Of a stretch of DNA of 64,000 nucleotides, positions 1 through 42,700 are shown piece after piece. The notes below the pieces were generated by a model that searched no databases, was not told the origin of the DNA, and saw nothing but the letters and a program-made list of their open reading frames with translations. The DNA comes from Hormiphora californensis (lineage: Eukaryota; Animalia; Ctenophora): assembly GCA_020137815.1 (NCBI GenBank), contig CM035350.1, positions 4,340,001 through 4,404,000 of the forward strand. Reading direction: 5' to 3'. The translations under genes and the position numbers were made by a program. Numbering within the stretch: the first letter of the stretch is position 1; each line of letters starts with the position of its first letter.

Positions 1-1501
1 AGATCAGTTTCCGCACAACGTCGAGCACCCTGCACCGCCCTTTTTGCGCATTGTCATAGCTCCTTCATTTCACCTTCAACTTTTCGAGGAGCGGTGCGTG
101 GCTTTCAGCCACGTCCGCCGGGCGCCGATGTGGGTCCAGGGTAGGGCAGAGCCCCGATCCGATCGGGGCAAAGCCCCCGCGAGCAGGACCCAAGTCCCAA
201 GGGGCAGGGGCTGACACCACTCTTTAGTTTAAGGGATCGCAAATCAAAAGTAAGACGGCTGAACCGTATGTCAAGTATTTGTTTCCTCATTCCTGAATGA
301 ACTCAACGCGACACACACGGTTTGAGCGATGAGTCGTAAGCGACGAAAATATAAAATAAAAATTCGGTGACTTTTGAAACTTTGAAGTTTGGATTTTATT
401 TATTTCGAAGTTTTAGGTTGTAAAACCTGATATGACTTTCTTTTTTTTTTTGAAAATTCACTAACCCCAACACCGATTGGCATCACTTTCCAACAGCCGA
501 AGAGAAGCTGCTGAAGAGAGAAAGGGGGTAACCGTATGAAGACCTGATATGACGCGCACGATAACGTGTTCAAATATTGCGATGCCAACAACGTTAAACG
601 CAAATTTTATTTGTTAAGCGGTGCATTATTAGCGCGCAACGCATTTTGAGGCGCGATACGAGAAGAAAAAATTTAGATTTTAAAGACAAAAAAGTTCCCC
701 AAAAGTGGGTACCGCTTTACGATTCGGGTTGAAACGCGCTGCCAACGATCTGGGTGTTTGGAGGCCTGTTTACTTTAGCCTAAGCTAGGGCTATAGAGTA
801 GGGTCAGTTGCATTTGCCAAACTGTTTCTGCAGACTGTTTGGCCGTTTCGAAACAGCCCCAACCCCATTCAGGAGTACCGGCCTGTGTCCTGTAGCCATT
901 TACAAGTTGGCGCTACTGGTCAGTGGTCCATTTATTTCAAACCACGCAATTGACGCAAATAAAGATTACAGACACTGTACTGTACACAAGCGCACATAAC
1001 ACTTTATGAAACCCGATAGCTCATTTAACAGTCGTTTGAACATTTTGCGCGCTCATGATAACTGCTAGCTGGGGGATTTAACACCCTGCTCGCGGTTTAA
1101 CAGTCCCGCTCTCTTTTTCACGCATTTCTCTTCATTTGAATAACATGCGTGTAAAATTCAGAGTAATTAAAATGTGTGTAAACACACAGTTCTGTCAATA
1201 ACAGAGAGGGGAACACATCTGCAACACTTTTTAATGTTATCTCTCTCATAAAAAGTCAAAAGAATCGCATTCCTATCTCTTCTCCCTCTCATTCTCTCTT
1301 TTGCTGTTCAATATCTCTCACTGTGTGTATTAGCCCCAATCTTGCTCTCTCTTACTCAAATATGTTAGGAACAGTTGCAACTAGGTGCCAGTTAGTCTAC
1401 ACACAGTTTGGGGACGTCTGTTGACTATTTTCCAGTACTCCTTGTGTGTTTTACCTTGTGTTGTGTCTCTTGTTAGTGTGAAATTGCTATCGGGTTTCAT
1501 A

Positions 1502-1700
1502 AACTATGAACGTTTGTTAGCTTGTCACGTTATAGGTTTAAATCGCCTCCCCCTCACCCTCGGCTGCGCCTCGGGTTCGGGGTCGGGATTTAAACCAGTT
1601 TAATCGCCCTGCCGGGCGATTAAACTCCAGTTGGCTATCGCCAGCTCGCGCTGGCGACAGCCAACTTGATAACGCGCCAAGCTACAAACGTTCATAGTTC
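1502..1700. mobile_element. Fold-back MITE-like element with three internal hairpins
   Basis: Terminal inverted repeat aactatgaacgtttg(t)tagcttg / caagctacaaacgttcatagtt. Internal pairs: ggtttaaatc/gatttaaacc, tttaatcgccc/gggcgattaaa, gttggctatcgccagc/gctggcgacagccaac. Confidence 0.6.
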
Positions 1701-3166
1701 ATTTAACCGAAAATTAGGTCGTACTTTTATCGAGCCGAACGAGATATTTTTCATTTCAGTTGTACTTCGGTGGTTTTTGGTACGTCTGATCCAAAGCGAA
1801 CGCTCTGCAATCTTGAGCGATTTAGATATTTTTCTCTAAATTCCGTTTCAATTGTCTCGTACTGGATTCCGGTACTGTTAGGGATAATTCTTATTCTTAC
1901 TCTAAAGATTATTTTTTCTCGTTACTCGCTAGGATCACTAACAAAAGCACTCACATGACAAAAGCTCTAAAATCGACTAAACAAATCCATTGATAAATTC
2001 CAACGAGGGGCGGATATGACACGTTTCCGGGACGCCTTATTAGTAGTGTGTGACGATACGGGATATTAGACACGATTCGAGAAAGTTTTCTCTCTTTTTT
2101 ACATGTATAATATGTCTCTCCCTCTCCCTCTCTGTTTCTATAATTCGGGAAAGCTTCGACAATATGGGATATATTCATTATCCAGCTCTTAACTCTTTCC
2201 AGTTTTTCGCCGGGCCACGCACTCTTAAAATCTCATCAGTTAACGATCAATCATTTCACCTCATATCACCAAATTATGAGAAGGCGTATTGGGTGATCTG
2301 GTAATTCAAAGTGGTAGTGAACTAAAAGATATCAACAAAAAGAGACAGGTTGCTGAGAACTACACGATTGAAAGAAAACTATTATCTAATATTTCACACC
2401 CTTATATGGAGAGGTCGCTAATTGTAGTATTCTTCCTTGGTTAAATATCAGTTAGATCGCGGATCCATTAACACATCCTCCCATTAGTAATCTGGCCATA
2501 TTTTATCATTTATGCAATTTTCTCTTCGGATAAATGTCTCTCAAACCGGGTATTTGCAATCTCACACTTGTGTTTCCTTTTACCATACACACACACACGA
2601 AGCTTTCTAGAACACTTCGTAACTAGGCCTGGTTTACAAATGTCATTTTCACTCCCAGTCATTTCTACCAATGTATTGTTTCTCTCCCACTCTCTATCCC
2701 GCTCTTTTTATTCCACCGTACCTCTCCTTTTCTCCCTGGCTCACTCTCTCTACCTCTCCCTTTCTCTCTCATCCTATTCTTTTAGTTTTCCCTGCTTGCA
2801 ACAGTCGTGGCGGTTCGTTAGAATTGCAACTAGCTGCTAGCACCAGCAGAATGCTTCTCTTTCTCCTTCGGTTCTGACTTCTGAGAAATTACTACTTCTC
2901 TATGTCACAACTTCCTGCCTGGTGCACGTTCTACTCTGCTATACAGCTACATGTGATTTTTTAAATATGTGGCTATTTTAGATATGTCTCATACCACGCC
3001 CCTTTTTATTAGAAAATATATTAATCGTTCTTTATGTACACCCCTTTGATTACAAGAACTCTACTTTATAGTTTATAAGTCAGTTTTGTTAACTGATTTA
3101 GAACTGGATACATTACATCTAACCCTCCCATTAACCCTCCTCCCTACTTCTAGAAATGTAGCTCTG

Positions 3167-13124
<9,958 letters not shown>

Positions 13125-13855
13125 TATGGGTGTTAGGATGTGCGATCCAAGCTCCTGATCGCACGTTATTTCGGGAGAGAGAGAAATAGAGAGAGAGAGA
13201 GAGAGAGAGAGTGAGAGAGAGAGAAATAGAGAGAGAGAGTGAGCGAGATAAAGAGAGAGTGAGATAGAGATAAAGAGAGATAAAGAGAAGGAGCAAGATG
13301 GATTTACCCTTTTTCGCCTATTTTTGGGTGTGTCTGTATCAACGTGATTTGTTTATTGGAACGCGGTTGACGGAGGGGAGAAAGCCCATTTTTCACCAGA
13401 CCTCGTTGTAATGTGGTTTCTACTCCGTTATATTTTCTTTGCTGAGAGACCGTTTATAACACTGCACAGTGTTGTTCCGTTTCCACCGTCACGCCCCTGA
13501 ACCGGAGATGGGTGGGGCGGCGTGAATTCATTTTTCCTTATAATAGTATTTATTTGTTAGACTACGTTTAGTACCGTGTGACAGAGAGAGAGAACACAGT
13601 AGAGCTGTTGTTCATATTAGGCTACTGTCTGAGTTTCTTGGAAGTGATGTTCTGACAATGTCAAATGTTCCTATATAACGTCTGTCAGCTGGCAATGACG
13701 TCACATTTCGACGTCATCATGATGTTTCTGCTGCTGTGAGTGTGCGAGACTGTGTTTTGTATATGTTTATTATTATCTAACGTTAAAAAAGAGAGCCCAT
13801 TTGACACAAAAACTAAAAACGAGAAACAAAGGGACGGTAACAAAAACGTACGAGC

Positions 13856-13898
<43 letters not shown>

Positions 13899-13981
13899 TT
13901 CTTGTCAACATACCACTGTTGAAACTATTTTATTCTACAGTAAACTTTAAATTGTCTGCGTTTCAATTCTTGACGGTGGTT

Positions 13982-34478
<20,497 letters not shown>

Positions 34479-34884
34479 ATGTCATATAGAGCTAGTGACG
34501 AGGAGGATATATTAGGGGGTATGTATATGTGAGGAGGAGGGTTTTGGGTTGGGATATTTTCAAATCTAGCAATGGTGGATTGGGTGGAATATGTTCTTAG
34601 TAGTTTTCTGTTTGTCTAGTGCTCATGTTTGTGTATGTCTGGGGGTGTGTGGGCAGAATGATAGCAAAACGATAAACAAATCACTGCAGCAGAGAGCACA
34701 CGCAGAGACAACTGCCAGCAGCGAGCACACGCAGAGACAACTGCCAGCAGCGAGGTATGCTAGAAGGTTGCAGTTCCCTCCCTTTTTTCGCAGGGTGGCC
34801 CTAGTTACCCTAGTAACCGAACTCTTTCTCTATCTCTTTCTCTCTCTCTTTCTCTCTCTCTCTATCTTTCTTTCTCTCTCTCTA

Positions 34885-34971
<87 letters not shown>

Positions 34972-35435
34972 ACGGGACACACATTTCATAGCTCTCTCGG
35001 TTGATTTCATCAGCCTACTGGACAGTGACATACTATACACTGGGCGGGTTGATTAAGGGGGCAATGATGTATGCTATTTTTCTACACTGAACTCAATTAA
35101 TATTTGATTTGTAAAATGAGCAATGTTTTTTGTTGTAATTTTTATTAACCCCCAATAATTCTCAACCGTGTTCTTTACTGCACTGTCACCCATAAAATGC
35201 ACAAAGTTGTGTCCTCAATTCATTTAACCCTATTATTATATTAGAGTGACATAGGATGTGATATGCTGTGTGGGCGCTTTCTCCGTCTTTCTATCTCCAC
35301 AGGTAAGACAGATCAGGTAGCTCCCCATTTTACACCGGTCCTAATTCCCACAATCTCTTTCCCACACCGGTTTTAATCCCCATAATGCCAAAAATACCCC
35401 CTCTTTTCCCAGGGCCTGTCCACCAGGCAGCATGG

Positions 35436-37281
35436 ATGTCCACATCAAAGAGTGGAGGGGGGTATACTAAGAAGAAGGGTAAACAACAGCACAATAAGAA
35501 GCAGCGATATAATAGTGATGCGGGTGATAATAGTGATGCTAAGAAGCAGCGATATAATAGTTATGCTGGTAAAAAGCAGCGTAGTGACAACAACAACAAG
35601 CGTAGTGAACTGGGAATAGCGGTTAGGGAGCACGTGAAAGAGTTCTGGGATTACCGACAGGAGTTTCAAACCATCCAACTTAAAGGGTGAGTGCACAGGG
35701 TCAACTTGGGTTGTGTTGAGTCTCCTTGGTGTGGGGACCCCTTGGTGTGGTTTATATTTTGGACTGCCCGACTAGTTTGGGCAGAACGTGACCCGCCCGA
35801 AACCACACACAAGGGTCCCCACACCAAGGAGACTCAACACAACCCAAGTTGACTCTGAGTAAAACACGTACTTTTTAAAGGGTGGGTGCACAGGGTCAAA
35901 CGTACGTGTTTTACTCAGGTTGTAGATCATCAAAGAGACTGTTATTCTCTGATTTATTAGTACAATCGTATTGACCATTGAGTACGTCCTACCCGAATTC
36001 TTGTTAGACTGCGAATCACTTCTAATATTTACAGGATGCTGGGCACTGACCCAGTGGCACGGAGAGTATTTAGTACTGATTGGGGAAATAAGGATGATGA
36101 ATTCAACAGGGACCTGGGGAAACTCTATCAGACCCTGTGTTATGAGAAGTTAGAACCGACTGGATTAAAGTACGGGTATTCTTACATCAGTGAAATTGCG
36201 AGAGACAAAGATCCTCTTATTAAGACAAGTGAGTGAAACCATCATCACTAAAGAGTGTGACTCGTTAGGTTTCCAAAACAAGTGTGAATTGTGATCGGTC
36301 TCTTTCCTTCCTCCAGTTTTACAAAACCAGTGTGATCGGTCTCTTCTTACCTAGTTCCCAGTACAAGTGTGATCAAACTTCCCCACCCACCAAAACACTA
36401 ATTTCAGTTGCGGTGAACCACACGAAGATGAAGTACCTGGCTGCGAAGATGGAGGTAGACCCTTCCAAACTAAGGGGTCCCCAGATAAAGTACCATCCCC
36501 ATATGGAGGTCAGGATCCTGGACAGGATGGAGAAGAATAGGAAGGGAAGGGAGGAGGTAATCTGGAACAAGTTGAACTATGTGAGGATGAAACAGGCTGA
36601 CTATGCCCGGTCTCTAGGCAACAGATATGATTCATACTATGTCTACAAAAGGGAGATAGGACAGAATCAGAGGTTGACTCACTCCCGAAACCAGGCTTTT
36701 TACCGCTGGGTGTACTACCATGCTGACACGGGTCAGGCGGTTGAGTTACATGGTAAACCCGCGGCCCAGATGCACCGGTGGACCGAGTTGAAAGAGGAGA
36801 GGGATAGTGCACTGAGGGTTATCGAGCTGAATAATATCCAAACTTATAAACACTGTATTGAAACACTGGAAATCGATCCAATCTACATCCCTTCACAAAG
36901 GGTGGGTGAATTTAGTTATTAATCAAAGTGTTCTAATTTAGAGAGTGAATTAACATAATTAAACATTTAATACTAACCCTATTCTTGTCCCACTAGATGC
37001 CTAAACCGAAATGGTTCCGGAACCACACCATCTCGTCCCTGACTGAGGCCCAAATTAGGACACTCCAGGACAAGAAACTACACGGCTCGATAACACCTGA
37101 AGAAGAGGAGAACGTGGTGATACCTGCACGTGCAACAAAATTCAATGAGCACATCCAAGGGTGGGAGGGAGCCAATCAGAATGTGCAAATAGGCAGTGAT
37201 TTCGAGTTTGGGGTACCGCTTACTATCAGAGATCCTGTGCCACAGGTTCACGGTGCACGCGTTGAAGAACTTACTGAGTAG
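35436..37281 (+). CDS. Uncharacterised 407-aa protein, 4 coding exons
   Basis: Phase-consistent GT-AG exons 35436-35686, 36035-36228, 36408-36901, 36997-37281. Basic N-terminus with a KKQRYNS repeat; no family recognised. Confidence 0.65.
35695..35920. repeat. Two abutting inverted repeats in intron 1 of the orphan gene
   Basis: gtcaacttgggttgtgttgagtctccttggtgtggggaccc pairs with gggtccccacaccaaggagactcaacacaacccaagttgac; ctgagtaaaacacgtac pairs with gtacgtgttttactcag. Confidence 0.8.
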
Positions 37282-37573
37282 CGATCTTTAATTAGTTAAC
37301 TCATCGAGCTTAGTTATCTTTAATTAGTTAACTTATTGAGTTGTGATCTTTAATTAGTTAACTCATCGAGCTTAGTTACCATTACATTGAGTTGTGATCT
37401 CCTAACTTATTGAAATATTGTTATGTTTTTGTACTATGAATGAACGTGTTGTTACTTTTCTTTACTGGCTGATATACCTCCGGCAAACATATTACATACT
37501 GATACATACCGAGATAAAACAATGTATATCTGCATTATTCAAAGCTCCCCCACAGCCCACATGTTCCGCTGCT

Positions 37574-39111
37574 ATGGATAAATATCTTAAATTTTGGAAT
37601 GAGGAAAAGGTTCAGAGAGACATTTTTGTAAGTTACATCTTGATTCGAGATATACCCTCCTTAACCCCTTCTAATTGATTATAAAACTCACCACTCATCT
37701 TGAAACCCTCTCTACCGTCCAGATGGATATAAAACGTCCTTCTCCCCTTGTTTCAGAGTAGCCCACAAGGCAACATAAAATGGGCAGTATGCCCCTCCAA
37801 GGGAGGTAATGAGATCAGAGCATGTGCTTTCAACAGGAACCAATACAAAATTGTACGTACACACACATCACCCATATTTTTTCCTGGGTGTAATAGGATT
37901 TGATTAATTATATTAGTTAATAAATTAACTAACCATCTTCCCCCAGCTGTCTATTAGAGAGAAGGATGGTATACAAGATGACGGCAACACCTACCCATTT
38001 AGACCTCCAGAAAACAACGAACAAATCTTGTAAGTGCAGTTATCAGAATAACTCCCACAATAAAACTAACCACCCAGCTTGTTTCATAACAAGTCGTGCA
38101 CGAATGACAAACAACCCCCCACTCTGTAATTCATCTCTCCCAGGGTTCAGGCGGTAGATTGGAACCCTAAGAATTTGGACCAGGTGGCGGTTGGTTTGAG
38201 TAGCGGGAATGTGCTCCAATGGAACATAAACACTGGCAAGTGTATCCGACATTATCAAGCGGTGAGTATATTGAACAAACCCTCCATCCCCCTAAACCCT
38301 GGCAGCGTACCCCCCCCCCCCCCATTTAATCCCGCAACCCCTTCTTGGAGTGTTACCACATGTCTGTTTTTACCACCAGCTATTACTGTTGTGACAAACA
38401 TTTCACTATTATCCCACCTGCCCAATATAGGACCGACGCGATGAGGGTATATACATAAGAGCCCGTAGTATAACATGTGTCCAGTGGCTTCCAGATGATC
38501 CCCACCTCTTGGCGTGTGGTTCCATGGACCCCTTCTTCTTTGTGTGGGACGTCAGACAACCCAAACCAGTCTTGGTGAGTGAGAATCCGTGACGAGGTTT
38601 TAGGTTGCCTTGTTCGGTCATATCTCAGGGTTAGAACTTATAACATAACAATTTATAGGTAGAAAACTGAAAAAAGGGGTTTAAATTTTAGGCGACTTAA
38701 CTCCATGTGAATCAGATGATTTGTTTTGGTGCGCGCGGAACCCTAAATATGACGAAAGTTAACAATTTCAGCACTGCGCGCACGAGCCCTATGTGTGGCA
38801 TCCCAGAAAACCAACCTGAAGCACTTCTCTTCTCAGACTATGAAGACAAATAACCGGGTATTGGACATCAAGGTTGACCCATTTAACGAAAATCAGATCT
38901 CTGTGGCGTGTGACAATCATGATGTTATGATTTATGAGCTAAGACAGGTATTAAATATAGTGCAGACTGCAGTTGAATAATTGCCAATGGCAATAGTCGC
39001 ACTTTTGACTTTCTCGCTGTGAGTAGTTAAAATAATATCCCTCCTCACTATCTCTATCCCTCACTCTCCCTTCCTCTCCCTTATCTCTATCCTTTCTCTC
39101 TCATTCCCTAA

Positions 39112-39200
<89 letters not shown>

Positions 39201-39211
39201 CCTCTGAGAGG

Positions 39212-39254
<43 letters not shown>

Positions 39255-39263
39255 TTCTACTCT

Positions 39264-39317
<54 letters not shown>

Positions 39318-39665
39318 CTCTCTATCTCTCTCACTCAGGTTGGTGTAGACAAGATGAAGAACGATCGGAACACTATCCCGAAATTCAAGTTTTCAGCCCA
39401 CGAAACTAAAACAGTGAGATGTGAATGGAACCCACAGAAGAGCAATGTCCTAGCTACCTGTGGACAGAAAGATATCAAGGTATACTTCAGACTTCAAAGT
39501 GTTACTTGTCTGATTACTCGAACCACCCATTTGTCAGATTCTGTCTGTTCGAGTCTTTTTGTTTTGCTTTTGGGGCTGATTTGTATTTCGGATTGAATCT
39601 TGTTGAAATATAGGACTCTAGAGCTGTCCAGCTGTCACTGCTTTGTAAACAAATCTCTCTCTCTC

Positions 39666-39707
<42 letters not shown>

Positions 39708-42700
39708 TCTCTCTCAGATTTGGGAGCTAGATTACAGTATGGATTACAGTCAAGTGAAGGAGAAGATGTTAATTAAGACACGGAACAACGCTCACATAAA
39801 GTGGAGCCCCCACTGTGAAAACATGCTTGCTTCCCACACCCATTCGTCCACATTTATAGAGATCTGGAACATTAACCAGAAGTAAGGGATTAGTTGGTAA
39901 CAGGTACCCCCGGCCCCCCTGTTATCCCGAGTAAGGGGGACTGTACTATTTTGATTTGAACAACAATTATTGCATTATGTATTCATAATGCGGTGTTTCT
40001 CTGCCACGAAGGGATGTAAAATTGATGAATAAGCTTCAAAACTGGATTTTTGATGAATTCTGTGCTCAAAGAGCATTTTTTGGCTTATGCGATGTTAGTA
40101 AGGTATCTAGGATAGTTGCTCTGGTAACCAAAGCAGTTGCTATGGTAACCAAGGCAGTTGCTATGGTTAGTTGGTTACCAAGTGCATCATCGAGTCACTT
40201 GCAATTGTGACAGTAGTTTCATGCTTGGAAGTCTTGCTACCACTTCATAACATGGGGCCCAAATCAAAATATGGTGACCTACAAGTTACAACCATGAGCC
40301 AGAGTTGTATGCCAGCCTACAATTCTGGCTCATAGTACAGTCCCCCTGTCCCCCTATAAAAGTTGAAAGGTCTGAAAAATCTGAAAGTGGTAATTTCGTT
40401 TTTTGCCCCAGGTTCCGACCGTATCGACTATTCAAGACAAAGGCTTCTTCTAAAACGTTCTGTAAGTCAACCATAACAAATATCATACATACACTACTAA
40501 TTATAACAATTAGTCTCTTTCTATCAATAATTAATTAAGATGCCTTCTATAACCGCATTTCAGTTTTTGTCTCGTTGTTGAAGCCTCCTTAGCCAGGAGG
40601 CTGCTGTAGTGCAGAAAGCTCTGAATCGGATAGTCTATCTCATCACTCTCTGTAGTGTTCTCTCTGTCAATATCTGCCACAATGAGACCACAATCAGTAA
40701 CCATCTTAAGGAGAACTATCCGTGTCTGATACAACTCTATCTTGACCAGGCCTGCCTTGGATGGTCCAACTATAGATTCCAACTCCTTGTGTACGGGTGA
40801 GGAGGGCATCCCCAGCTTGTCAACCAAGTAAAATCCTTCTGATACTATCACTGCTAGCTTGTCCTCAGGAGTGGAGAGTAGGCGCTCGGGAAGGCCGGAA
40901 AGATCGAGGTCTCGTTTATGTCGCACTGTCTCCAAAATAATTCCTGCGAGAGAAAGACAAATTAGTTTTCTTTCCAATTCTAATTTCCCTGCTCATTTAT
41001 TTATATTGCTGTTTCTCTTCCAAATGAGTTGCCCCCTGCCCCTCCCCAGTTACCTGACACTTGTTGCTGCTGTCGCCTGAGACTATGAAGATGAGCCGAG
41101 AGCACGTCTGTAGGGCAAGTATAAGAGAGAACACTGCTCAAGGCAATGGTGATGATCAACAGTAATCGAGCAAGCATAGTTTGATTCTTCAAGTAGTTGA
41201 TTATCGAGTAGTAGTTGATTATCGAGTGAGGGTAGATATTGCCCAATCCTATCGGCCCTTTTATAAGCCACACCATCAGGGTGTGTTTGGATCCTCACGC
41301 GGTACACCATGTCGAAAGTATCACGTATTTCGTCCCTTTCATTAGCCGAGAATGCTGGTAATTTTGAAACTTTTGATCCCCTGCTTCTCCACTCGGCAAG
41401 CAACCGATCATACATAGCTATAGTATACCGCTCAAGTGAGGGCGAAAGTGAAAGCTATTTAACTTTTGAGATCTTCAGTGTGCTTGTGATTATTAAGCAC
41501 TCAAACAACATCGGAGGCAAAAGTTCGCTTTGAACTGTACTAAAATATTCAGTTTTTAAATCTCGTCATCTCATGATCATCATGTCTCTTCAACATTCAT
41601 TATGTCCCTTTTTTCTCACAACCATATCTTTTAGCTTCCATACACCCCCTTCACCCCTTTCTGTAGATCTACATTGGCACGACCAGCCCAATGCTCTGCT
41701 AACCCTGGACCACTCTACCTCTGACGTCACCATGCATGCACGAAGGGATGCAGTTAACACCGAATTCTGGGCTCCATCCTGCGCCGTGGCGTGCTCACCA
41801 TATGATGAGATAACTTTTGTGACGCCCCTCCAACGCACTGCTAGACCGTGAGTAACGGGGGAGGTTAGGGGTTGTGGGCATTAGGTATATTGTGACACTG
41901 TTGGGTGTATTTCTTCCCCTGGGGTACCTCGAGCCCAACCTCGCATGTGCACAATACATAGAACACGTGATCGCATGAGGACGATTAGCGAAGGGAGCCC
42001 TATCGTCAGGGTGGAGCATCCTATCTCCCAAATACCATTCCTGGACAGGCAGTAAGAGCGTAACCAAAATAATTAAACCAAATCTCTCTCTTTCTCGATT
42101 GTTACGAGAATAACTAACTAAATAACAAGATCGTGCGTGTGTTGTTTATTTTTATTTAATGTTTTTATTAATCTGCTTTAACCAATCTTCTCTCTTTGAA
42201 TGTTCCTCCTCCCGCCACCCACTCCACAACCCCTGACACCCCTCCCATCACCCCTAACACCCCTCCCATCACCCCTAACACCCCTCCCATCACCCCTAAC
42301 ACCCCTCCCATCACCCCTGACACCCCTCCCATCACCCCTGACACCCTTCCCATCACCCCTGACACCCCTCCCATCACCCCTAACACCCTTCCCATCACCC
42401 CTAACACCCCTCCCATCACCCCTGACACCCCTCCCATCACCCCTGACACCCCTCCCATCACCCCTAACACCCCTCCCGTCACCCCTAACACCCCTCCCGT
42501 CACCCCTAACACCCCTCCCATCACCCCTAACACCCCTCCCATCACCCCTAACACCCCTCCCATCACCCCTAACACCCCTCCCATCAACCCTAACACCCCT
42601 CCCATCACCCCTAACACCCCTCCCATCACCCCTAACACCCCTCTCATCACCCCTAACACCCCTCCCATCACCCCTGACACCCCTCCCATCACCCCTAACA

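Noticed and set aside
41083-41415. 110-aa minus-strand ORF
   Set aside because: It overlaps the TATA box, 5' UTR and first exon of the better supported secreted-protein gene, and has no recognisable motif.
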